64,000 bases of DNA from a virus: positions 32,001-96,000 of IMG/VR virus record IMGVR_UViG_3300027857_000012. The stretch is one strand, 5' to 3'. The notes beneath the pieces are model-generated. The model ran no database searches and was not told the DNA's origin. It saw only the letters and a list, made by a program, of their open reading frames with translations. This document shows, one piece after another, positions 41,219 to 48,646 of this stretch (positions are counted from its first letter, which is position 1; each line of letters opens with the position of its first letter). The translations under genes were made by a program, and so were the position numbers.

Positions 41219-41340
41219 GGGTGTTCCGAGTTCGGCAAATGCGGACTTGTTCTTTCACCAAGAAGCGGTCTGACCTTCGTAAGAAGTTCAGTAAACTGGT
41301 GAAAATGCAAGGAGAGGTGGTTCGACTCCATCAGCACCCA
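41219..41340 (+). ncRNA. tRNA-scaffolded RNA with long rod replacing the anticodon arm
   Basis: Acceptor gggtgtt/agcaccc-a, T-arm ggtgg ttcgact ccatc, rod cttgt..tttcacca/tggtgaaa..gcaag. Confidence 0.65.
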
Positions 41341-41598
41341 TTACATCATTGGTCCACTCTGTTTTGGATCCAGGACAGGTGCTCTTAATGGTGTAAACAC
41401 TTCAAGCCCTTCTCAAGTAGCATGCAGCTCTAAGTTCCACTGCTTTGACTCTCACCACGGGAGGAAGTAAGGGAGGCAGGCGATTCGCTTTAAGTCCCTA
41501 AGACTATGAGGATATCAGCTTGAAGATGATCAGCAAATGACCACGTCCCCTTGAACGACAAGTACACGTTCAGAGAGAGTGCCGATTTGCTGATCTGT

Positions 41599-41682
41599 GG
41601 AGGGAACCCGAGCTGGTTAAGGAGACTGTCTTGAAAATAGTTAGACGGCAACGTCTTGTGGGTTCGATTCCTACTCCCTCCG
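41599..41682 (+). tRNA. tRNA-Ser(UGA)
   Basis: Cloverleaf with long variable arm; loop cttgaaa. Confidence 0.9.
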
Positions 41683-41744
41683 TGTTTTCTCTGAATGTAT
41701 CACTCCGAAACGGCAATTCATCTGCGCATTCAGAGAAAATTTCT

Positions 41745-41815
41745 GCCTCTTTCGTTCAACGGTAGGATGCCCATTTCGTACGAGGAAGACGACTGTTCAA
41801 TTCAGTCAAGAGGCT
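41745..41815 (+). tRNA. atypical tRNA, possibly Thr(CGU), with poorly paired anticodon stem
   Basis: Perfect acceptor and T stems; loop ttcgtac. Confidence 0.55.
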
Positions 41816-41882
41816 TGCTCCTTCTACACATATTCACGATATTCTCCTAAAATATGTGCAGGACAATGTAGAAGGGGTTTTT

Positions 41883-41955
<73 letters not shown>

Positions 41956-42005
41956 TCCACTCATTGCCGTGGGGGCTACGGGTGGTATAGTGTTGAAAAT
42001 CAAGG

Positions 42006-42079
42006 AAGCGGTGCCTGATTGTAGGTGAAATTGTGTAGGCTCATTACCTATACTGTTGGTTCAAATCCAATCACTGCTT
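42006..42079 (+). ncRNA. D-armless tRNA-like RNA
   Basis: aagcggtg/cactgctt stem and T-arm gttgg ttcaaat ccaat; a single hairpin in place of the D and anticodon arms. Confidence 0.5.
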
Positions 42080-42148
42080 TAAGAATCAGTATGAACAGAA
42101 CTCCTTTCTTAATATCCTGGTAGAATATATTCATACTGATTCTTTTCT

Positions 42149-42314
42149 GCTCTCGTCGTCCAGCGGTCTAGGACATTCGTATGCTTTTTATCTTCCTTGC
42201 AGTGATTCTAGATATACTGCCACAAAGAAGTTACTTGTGTAGCTGCCAAGGCGTTTCTTTGCAACAGGTAGAGAGGGTACGAAAGGCCTTGGTTCGAATC
42301 CAAGCACGAGAGCC
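42149..42314 (+). ncRNA. tRNA-scaffolded RNA with ~100-nt multibranch insert
   Basis: gctctcg/cgagagc, D-arm gtcc agcggtcta ggac, T-arm cttgg ttcgaat ccaag; insert closed by ttcgta/tacgaa. Confidence 0.75.
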
Positions 42315-42318
42315 TTTT

Positions 42319-42391
42319 GTCTTCGTCGTCTAGTGGTCTAAGACGGTGGTCTCCAAAACCACTTACGGAGGTTCGAGTCCTTCCGAAGGCG
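42319..42391 (+). tRNA. tRNA-Trp(CCA)
   Basis: Cloverleaf; loop ctccaaa. Confidence 0.9.
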
Positions 42392-42490
42392 TGAGCCGTG
42401 GACTGCTACGATCGCTAGCTCGTCACGGGCCTTGTGCGGAACATAGTCCGCTATGTGACAAGAATCAAGGGTACAGAGAACGCAGTATCT

Positions 42491-42563
42491 GGTGCATTAG
42501 GCGAATGGTCAAGCCGCTACCCTGTCACGGTAGAGAATACGAGTTCAACTCTCGTATGCGCCG
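42491..42563 (+). tRNA. tRNA-Asp(GUC)
   Basis: Cloverleaf; loop ctgtcac. Confidence 0.9.
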
Positions 42564-42606
42564 TTCCATATCTTGCATTTTCGCCATTGTACGGCAAGAT
42601 ATGTAC

Positions 42607-42679
42607 CCCGATATGGTGAAATCGGCAAACACCTAGGGCGAGGGGCCCTAGAGTGAGGGTTCGAGTCCCTCTATCGGGA
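42607..42679 (+). tRNA. atypical tRNA (Leu-type D arm, no variable arm, U-less anticodon loop)
   Basis: cccgata/tatcggg; anticodon hairpin ctagggc gaggg gccctag. Confidence 0.55.
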
Positions 42680-42719
42680 GTGGGCCGACTGGAGCTCATA
42701 CCTCTTGACAAGCAGGTCC

Positions 42720-43025
42720 AAGAGAGACAACTCTTCAAACCGTGGGGTCCTCCGATAGTGCTGGACTAGACTGGCTTTTCTGCACTGCGACAGTCAAACG
42801 AAACGCAATGCGTGGTAGTGGAAACACTATCGCCGTCGGGTAGGTTAATGATGCAGCAGACCCGCAAACCGACGTCCTTCCGAGGGATGTGAGTGCACCC
42901 GCACCGAAGGAAAACTGGAAACACCTCTCTTCTGCATAAAGGGAGCATGAGCACTTTCGTTGCTGAGGAGCCAACGACGGATGTGGCATCCGATGGAATG
43001 TTCTGTAGAGCATTCTTGCTCCTCT
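42720..43025 (+). ncRNA. candidate large structured RNA
   Basis: Multiple helices (tgcac/gtgca, tggtagtg gaaa cactatcg, gtcgg/ccgac, gtcctt/agggat); no credible ORF. Confidence 0.45.
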
Positions 43026-43141
43026 CGGTCACTGATAACTCAACGGTAGAGTTTCACTCCAACAGGTCATGCTGAAAATCGACTGCAATGTTGACTCTGC
43101 AGAGATGGAGTAGTAAAAGGTTCGACTCCGCACAGTGATCG
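43026..43141 (+). ncRNA. tRNA-scaffolded RNA with ~45-nt insert
   Basis: cggtcactg/cagtgatcg, D-arm actc aacggta gagt, actcca/tggagt closing the insert, T-loop ggttcgactcc. Confidence 0.6.
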
Positions 43142-43243
43142 TTCGGGATAGGGGTATTCTGCCATTTTCCTGATGTGAAATCAGGTTCCCTACAAAGTTA
43201 CACTGATTTCACGACAACGGGGTATGATGATTGCCATACCTTT

Positions 43244-43316
43244 GGGGATATAGCTCAATTGGAAGAGCGCTGCTGTTGCAGAGCAGAGGTTAGGGGTTCA
43301 AGTCCCCTTATCTCCA
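43244..43316 (+). tRNA. tRNA-Ala(UGC)
   Basis: Cloverleaf with G3:U70; loop gttgcag. Confidence 0.9.
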
Positions 43317-43317
43317 T

Positions 43318-43553
43318 CTCCCTTCACTTGGTGGATCAATCTACGAGGCGAACTGGAGTCTTTCTTGGCCGGCGGTCTAGCCCACCGACGTAGACGGGTG
43401 GAATTTGGTGGAATCACCAATTCAGTGCTACAATAGCTATCACTGATGCAAAACGATTCAACACTGCAAGCCTCGCGATAAGGCGATCCTGAAGCATTGT
43501 CAAGGATATTCCGAACTGAGCTATCGGTGAGGAAGATATCGCATTCATGGGAG
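43318..43553 (+). ncRNA. structured RNA leader upstream of endonuclease
   Basis: Closed by ctccc/gggag (the RBS); several hairpins; atagct/agctat loop complementarity. Confidence 0.45.
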
Positions 43554-43559
43554 TGTAAT

Positions 43560-44198
43560 ATGTCTTTCAAAAATAAACATCATTCCAATGAAGCCAAACA
43601 AAAAATTTCTGCTGCTGCAAAAAGGTCTGGTGAAAAAAATGGCAACAATGGGAATACGTTTAGTGGCCATTATCATTCTGCTGAAACAAAAGCAAAAATA
43701 GGTGCAAATACAAAGAAAATATTAACAGGAAAATCATTACCATCCATTCAAAAACAACATATTTCAAAATCGTTAATTGGTAAAACGTATTTAAATAGAA
43801 AAGTTTCAGATGATGGTAAAAAGAGACTTTCAAAAAGCAGAATAAAGTTTTGGGAACCTTTGACTGATGAAGAGAGACAAAAACGAACTAATCATTTGAC
43901 ACAGCAGAGTGCAAAGTTTCAAGGTACAAAACCAGAATGCATTTTTGAAGAGATACTTATTAATAATAATATTCAATTCGAAAAACAAAAATGGATTAAA
44001 AGGTATAAAGTTGATTTCTATCTTCCCGAAAGAAATTTGATCGTCGAAATACAAGGATGTTACTTTCATGGATGTGAGCAATGTGGACATAATTCTGAAA
44101 AACAATTACAAGCGAGAGATAATGATAACTCCCGAAAATTAAATTTAGAAAAATTAGGATATCAAGTGAAGTTCATTTGGGAACATGAACTTGTATAA
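43560..44198 (+). CDS. NUMOD3 + DUF559/Vsr-like homing endonuclease
   Basis: HSNEAKQKIS and HSAETKAKIG NUMOD3 motifs; TKPE, VDFY, VEIQGCYFHGC, D..RK..L...GY.V..IWE; AT-rich. Confidence 0.8.
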   Translation: MSFKNKHHSNEAKQKISAAAKRSGEKNGNNGNTFSGHYHSAETKAKIGANTKKILTGKSLPSIQKQHISKSLIGKTYLNRKVSDDGKKRLSKSRIKFWEPLTDEERQKRTNHLTQQSAKFQGTKPECIFEEILINNNIQFEKQKWIKRYKVDFYLPERNLIVEIQGCYFHGCEQCGHNSEKQLQARDNDNSRKLNLEKLGYQVKFIWEHELV

Positions 44199-44209
44199 TC
44201 TTACAACGA

Positions 44210-44309
44210 GAGAGAGTGGCAGAATGGTATTGCGCCTATCCGTAAGATGGGTCTATCGTTCCCGTGCGCAAGGGTGATAGAATTGTTGGTTCGATTCCAG
44301 CCTCTCTCA
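44210..44309 (+). tRNA. tRNA-Tyr(GUA) with extra-long variable arm
   Basis: Loop ccgtaag; ~35-nt variable region. Confidence 0.75.
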
Positions 44310-44312
44310 TAC

Positions 44313-44385
44313 GCAATCGTAACTCAATGGACAGAGTGACAGTCTTCGAAACTGTTTGTTGGTGGTTCGAGTCCACTCGATTGCA
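44313..44385 (+). tRNA. tRNA-Arg(UCG)
   Basis: Cloverleaf; loop cttcgaa. Confidence 0.9.
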
Positions 44386-44387
44386 TT

Positions 44388-44459
44388 CGTACTATAGATT
44401 AGCAGGAAGATCATCGCAACGGGACATGCGAGGCGGTAGTTCGAACCTACCTAGTACGT
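44388..44459 (+). tRNA. tRNA-Pro(GGG)-like with 8-nt anticodon loop
   Basis: tcgca acgggaca tgcga; C1:G72. Confidence 0.6.
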
Positions 44460-44534
44460 TGTTGAGTGATGACAACGCTGTGTGAGTCTCCTTTCGAGTG
44501 TCTCTCGAATCTGCCAATTATTCGAGAGACATGC

Positions 44535-44605
44535 ACAATCGTAGCTCAATGGGAGAGCAGTGTCCTGATACGGCATTGACGGAGGTTCGATTCCTTCCGA
44601 TTGTA
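44535..44605 (+). tRNA. tRNA-Ile(GAU)
   Basis: Cloverleaf; loop ctgatac. Confidence 0.9.
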
Positions 44606-44806
44606 TGCGTCCGCCCGAAGAAAGAGGATGATTGCAACAAGATCGTCCGATGATGGCTGCGGATAACACATGGGATTGGCTCCCCATTGACTGACGATCC
44701 AATCAGAAGAGGAAGAGCACGACTGCAGAGATCATGTTGGGGCGATCGCATCAAAAGACATGAGGGCTGAAAGATGTTTCGCAGAGCAAATTGTGTTTTG
44801 GATCAT

Positions 44807-44879
44807 GTGGGCGAAGTTCAAGAGGTTGAATACGGCGTTGCCAACGCTGAGGTAGTCAGTTCGAGTCTGACCGTCCGCT
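44807..44879 (+). tRNA. tRNA-Gly(GCC)
   Basis: Cloverleaf; loop ttgccaa; U73. Confidence 0.9.
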
Positions 44880-44973
44880 TTCTCTCCATGTTTTCTGTAT
44901 CGCCGTTCCTGGATGCTACTTTTACCAGGGTTCCGTATCCAGATGTATATACGAAAGTATGGAGAGATTTTTT

Positions 44974-45075
44974 GGGACTCTAGTGTACAGTGCACACTCT
45001 CGATGTATGGCCATACGGGACGAGAGAGGATCAGACGGCTGACGAGTCGTTCGGTGCAATTCCCTGAGACGTCCC
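44974..45075 (+). ncRNA. degenerate tRNA-scaffolded RNA
   Basis: gggac/gtccc, D-arm gtgt/acac, elongated arm ending in a ggcc tetraloop, T-like loop ggtgcaattcc. Confidence 0.45.
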
Positions 45076-45221
45076 TTCAACCATGGCTCTGCCCGTACAG
45101 GGAGTGCGCAGTCCCCTGTGGATCGCTTTGCGGTTCGTTCGTGCGTCGAATGTCGGAGTCATGGAACTGCGCTATTTTGAGGTTCTTTTCTCGTCCTCCT
45201 TGGTGTGTGATTGGGGATCAA

Positions 45222-45300
45222 GAGCGTATTGCCCTTAGTGTCGGCGATGCTAAACGGGTTCATACCCCGGTTGATGGTTCAAATCCATCCAGTACGCTCA
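45222..45300 (+). tRNA. atypical CAU tRNA (10-bp acceptor, long D stem)
   Basis: gagcgtattg/cagtacgctc; ttagtgtc ggc gatgctaa; cggg ttcatac cccg; T-arm gatgg ttcaaat ccatc. Confidence 0.55.
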
Positions 45301-45307
45301 TATTTGT

Positions 45308-45418
45308 ATGAGTGCTGTGAATTTGTCCGTTCAACTCGGACCACTCATTTCTGGGTGAAACCAGATCGTCTCCAGGTAGCAGAATGACGCGCTGAGATGC
45401 GTTGCCATTCGACTCATG
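45308..45418 (+). ncRNA. circularly permuted tRNA mimic (YrlA/Y-RNA-like topology)
   Basis: Order: outer stem, T-arm gtccg ttcaact cggac, closed acceptor cactca tttc tgggtg, D-like arm acc...ggt, outer stem. Confidence 0.55.
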
Positions 45419-45476
45419 TGGCAAACAATATGAGTTTTCCTTTCGTTTTATGCAGGAAGGATCAACATATAAGAGT

Positions 45477-45869
45477 ATGCGCACTGCTTCCCAACATGTT
45501 TCAGATTGGGCTTCCACCGTTGTTCGGCAATGTGGAACATGTCACTCTGCTCGTACTCTTATATTCGAGGAGAAAATATGCACACTGAGATGCGATATGT
45601 GTGAAAAGAGTATTGTTGAAACACACAATGCACCACGTCGAACATTTGAATCAATTCAAAATCCATCAGTGTTGTGTTGGTGGAATGATATTGGAGGAAT
45701 CGACTGTCCAAACGTTGCGACGCTCGTGTGTTCGATTCACCCGTTTTATCATGTTTGTGATGAACATAGTGACTCATGTTATGCATGTGTTGTTGAATGG
45801 TCGAATATGTTTCCTGTAGAAAGTGCACCTGCACCTGTTGTTGATGCAATTATAATCGACCTCTTGTAG
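45477..45869 (+). CDS. Cys-rich (zinc-binding) hypothetical protein
   Basis: Several CxxC motifs; stop codon lies inside tRNA-Asn. Confidence 0.55.
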   Translation: MRTASQHVSDWASTVVRQCGTCHSARTLIFEEKICTLRCDMCEKSIVETHNAPRRTFESIQNPSVLCWWNDIGGIDCPNVATLVCSIHPFYHVCDEHSDSCYACVVEWSNMFPVESAPAPVVDAIIIDLL

Positions 45870-45934
45870 CTTAATGGTCAAGCGTCAAACTGTTAATTTG
45901 AAAGATGTTCGTTCGAATCGAGCCGAGAGGGCCA
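45860..45934 (+). tRNA. tRNA-Asn(GUU)
   Basis: Cloverleaf; loop ctgttaa; G73-CCA. Confidence 0.9.
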
Positions 45935-46124
45935 CCTTCTTCTACATCGATCATGGTTTTGCCTATTCTCCCTGATCGTCCCAGAAGTAAAGGAGTGCGT
46001 AGTATTGCGGGCAGAGAACAGGTGCACTCGCTATTTTAAGGACACAGTATGCAGCAAAATCATCCATGGGATCATCCACCCAAGACTGAGCCTTCTGAAA
46101 CACGAAGGCAGAAAGGTGGAATAT

Positions 46125-46277
46125 ATGCGAAAAATGTACAAGAGGAAAAGCAGATCACTCTGTTCAATGTGTAAAATGCACAAAACTGGAAGAGCATGTC
46201 GATGGGTAGGTCGTGAACGTGAAGCCAGAATTCGATTTGCTCGAGAAAAACGATGCTATCTTGGCCCTGTCGTTTAG
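46125..46277 (+). CDS. small basic CxxC protein
   Basis: gaaaggtgg RBS; MRKMYKRKSRSLCSMCKMHK. Confidence 0.55.
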   Translation: MRKMYKRKSRSLCSMCKMHKTGRACRWVGREREARIRFAREKRCYLGPVV

Positions 46278-46334
46278 TGGCAGGATATCCCTCTTTCACA
46301 GGGAAGATGTCGGGTTCGATTCCCGCCAGGGCTA
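46263..46334 (+). tRNA. tRNA-Glu(UUC)
   Basis: Cloverleaf; loop ctttcac. Confidence 0.9.
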
Positions 46335-46352
46335 TTAATCAGAGGAGGTGTT

Positions 46353-46646
46353 ATGGAAACAGGAGGTATGTTCGAACCATCTCAATCAGTGCATCCAGAA
46401 TGTAGTCGAAAACGACAATATCGTCTCTATCGGTTGCTCCACTTGATTGAGTTCTGCCAAATGGTTGCTGTATTTGTTCTCGTAACAAATCATGCAGCAG
46501 AAATATCTGTTCTATTGTGTATATGTGCACTCTTTGTTGCACATCTAGTATGTACGATAGTCTCTTCTGAGTTGTTCGAACTGCAAATACAACAGACAAA
46601 ATACGACTCGTTTGAGCATGAAGATGAAATGTATGATTGGATGTAA
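46353..46646 (+). CDS. small membrane protein
   Basis: ggaggtg RBS; two hydrophobic segments. Confidence 0.6.
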   Translation: METGGMFEPSQSVHPECSRKRQYRLYRLLHLIEFCQMVAVFVLVTNHAAEISVLLCICALFVAHLVCTIVSSELFELQIQQTKYDSFEHEDEMYDWM

Positions 46647-46650
46647 TTGT

Positions 46651-46721
46651 TCGTCTCTGGTGTAATGGTAACACGAGTGGCCTTGGACCACTTATTCTCT
46701 GTTCGAATCGGAGGAGACGAG
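46651..46721 (+). tRNA. tRNA-Gln(UUG)
   Basis: U1:A72, G73; loop ccttgga. Confidence 0.85.
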
Positions 46722-46836
46722 TTCAGGGCAGGTGCAAAGAACACTGTTTTAAGCTTTTTTACACCTTCGGGTGTCCTTCACCATTGAACGTTGTTCTTTG
46801 GACTGTTCTGAAAGGGAACGAGTTCGCTCGTTCTTT

Positions 46837-46921
46837 GTCTGAGTAGTGTAAGAGAAACACACCTCATGATCGGCCTTGCAAACACATTGAGGAAATAAGA
46901 GTGCAAGTCTCTTCTCAGACA
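46837..46921 (+). ncRNA. tRNA-scaffolded RNA with 21-nt anticodon loop
   Basis: gtctgag/ctcagac-a, D gtgt/acac, cctca/tgagg, T-arm aagag tgcaagt ctctt. Confidence 0.7.
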
Positions 46922-46922
46922 G

Positions 46923-47335
46923 TCGCTTTAATCACAAAGCGAACTGATCGTATCGAACAACTCAATAATAGCATCCTCGGAGGCTCTCTGTTGCAGGAGA
47001 TGCTAACGAAGTGTACCCGCACTTGGATGCTGCAGCAGAAGCAATTCTGCCCACATCGATGGGAGGAGGGCTGTCTTCTTCCAATCGAATACGATCTTGA
47101 TCACCTGAGCATGTTTAAGTGCTGTTACAGCGTGACACAGTGCTGAAGGATGCTCGCGAGGTGCCCCTGAGGGATCAGTTAGGTCGCACCTAACCACCTC
47201 GTCCATGCCACGCCCGCAACGTGGCAGATGTTCGATGAACGAACTGCGCGAGACCACTTTCGTGCACAGTAGACTTCTCTTGTGGGAAGTGGTTCCCAGA
47301 GGAGGACATTGCGGCTGGGGTCGAGTGACCCCAGT
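46923..47335 (+). ncRNA. ~410-nt ornate multi-pseudoknot RNA candidate
   Basis: Many nested helices and three loop-mediated long-range complementarities. Confidence 0.55.
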
Positions 47336-47337
47336 TC

Positions 47338-47410
47338 CTGGGTGTAGGATAGCAGCAAGTCCGTCTGCCCTGGGAGCAGAAGATCGAGGGTGCGAGTCCC
47401 TCCACTCAGA
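47338..47410 (+). tRNA. tRNA-Pro(UGG)
   Basis: C1:G72, A73; loop cctggga; T-loop tgcgagt. Confidence 0.85.
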
Positions 47411-47486
47411 CATGATGCTGCCACGACAGCATCAAGTGTTCTTTTCACAGTGCTTTTGACCATTGCTGTGTTGTGAAAAGAACGTT

Positions 47487-47557
47487 GCTCGTTTAAGTGA
47501 GTGGTACACTGTCTGGCTTCCAACCAGAATGCGCGAGTTCGATTCTCGTAACGAGCT
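47487..47557 (+). tRNA. tRNA-Gly(UCC)
   Basis: Cloverleaf; loop cttccaa. Confidence 0.9.
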
Positions 47558-47656
47558 TTCACCCATTTCCCAATAAGTGGGTGAAACAGGCTGTCCCATC
47601 AGCCACCTATCCTTGCTATCCCTCTGGAACTACTGTGCTATTTTCAGAGGGATCGA

Positions 47657-47727
47657 CGCGGGTTAGTGGAGTAGTACCACGTGGGGTTCATAGTCCTAAA
47701 ACGTCAGTGCAAATCTGACACCCGCTA
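47657..47727 (+). tRNA. initiator-type tRNA-Met(CAU)
   Basis: C1 unpaired; G-rich anticodon stem; loop ttcatag. Confidence 0.8.
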
Positions 47728-47744
47728 TATTTTAAAAGGTCGAT

Positions 47745-48044
47745 ATGCGAATTCACTACGATCATGTCGTCGGAAAATGGATGTTACTGTTTGGAGAACG
47801 TGCATTTCTCCATTCTGTCAATGAATGGAATCAATTTGGACAATCGTTTAATTGGTATACATTTCATATCTGGACGTGTGAAGTCGAGTATGATGAAATG
47901 CTTCCTGGACTTGATGTCAGGATCATTTTATTTGGTCTTGGGCTTCGATTTCGACATAATCGAAATTGGGAAGGATCGGAAGCACAGTCGATTTTTGAAC
48001 ATGCGCTCAAAGAAATTCGTGAGTTGCATGAAAATGGATTATAA
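47745..48044 (+). CDS. hypothetical protein
   Basis: aaaggt RBS; fits between two tRNAs. Confidence 0.6.
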   Translation: MRIHYDHVVGKWMLLFGERAFLHSVNEWNQFGQSFNWYTFHIWTCEVEYDEMLPGLDVRIILFGLGLRFRHNRNWEGSEAQSIFEHALKEIRELHENGL

Positions 48045-48125
48045 GTGGCATTGGCAGAATGGTATTGCACTTGCCTGTAGAGCAAGCACCTTCGGGTACT
48101 GGGGGTTCGAATCCCTCATGTCACA
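48045..48125 (+). tRNA. tRNA-Tyr(GUA)
   Basis: Cloverleaf with variable hairpin; loop ctgtaga. Confidence 0.9.
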
Positions 48126-48127
48126 TT

Positions 48128-48303
48128 GGAGTCATCGTCTAGGTGGAAGGACAGTTACATATTCTCAGAAGATCATGCACGTATTTGTGGAGAGATGGCT
48201 ACATATCTTACATGATCTTTTGGCAGTGCGGTTCCATGAGTAGGGGCACAAAATGCCATGAGGAAACATGTGACAAACAGTCGTTCGAGTCGACTTGACT
48301 CCA
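48128..48303 (+). ncRNA. tRNA-scaffolded RNA with ~110-nt insert
   Basis: ggagtca/tgactcc-a, D-arm gtct..ggac, gttacat/atgtgac closing the insert, T-arm agtcg ttcgagt cgact. Confidence 0.75.
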
Positions 48304-48334
48304 TTCGGAAGTCTCCTTCCGAAATTGTTGGGAC

Positions 48335-48366
48335 AAAGGCGCACTCATACAATAAGTGCGCCTTTC
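48335..48366 (+). terminator. terminator-like hairpin ending the RNA array
   Basis: aaaggcgcact...agtgcgccttt. Confidence 0.55.
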
Positions 48367-48385
48367 ACTGAATTGAGAAATACAA

Positions 48386-48646
48386 ATGAACTCTGAAGGA
48401 AGTGTTCGCGTTGCATTCGATTTTGAACTCGGTGCATTGGATCAACTTGATCAACTTGTCGAGAAAACACATGCACCAAAACGTGCAACCGTTGTTGGAA
48501 ACGCGCTCCGTGTCTATGGACAACTTGTAAATGAAATTGATCCAGTGCGTCATCCTTGGTTCGTGTTCAAAGTTGAAGACGATCAAGGGCATCTCGTGTA
48601 CACAATAAATATGAAAGCATTACTATTAGGTGAGAATGACGCATGA
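48386..48646 (+). CDS. ribbon-helix-helix-like DNA-binding protein
   Basis: VRVAFDF...LDQLDQL...KRATVVGNAL pattern. Confidence 0.55.
   Translation: MNSEGSVRVAFDFELGALDQLDQLVEKTHAPKRATVVGNALRVYGQLVNEIDPVRHPWFVFKVEDDQGHLVYTINMKALLLGENDA

Noticed and set aside
43318-44205. Group I intron containing the endonuclease
   Set aside because: Only a faint J8/7-like aagatatcg. I could not build P3/P7 or find split exons, and the flanking tRNAs are intact.
44690-45070. CUGACGA hammerhead-like cores at ~44690 and ~45039
   Set aside because: No GAAA follows stem II in either case, so the catalytic core is incomplete.
45222-45300. Selenocysteine tRNA (long acceptor and D stems, ttca in loop)
   Set aside because: The loop register gives a CAU anticodon and there is no long variable arm.
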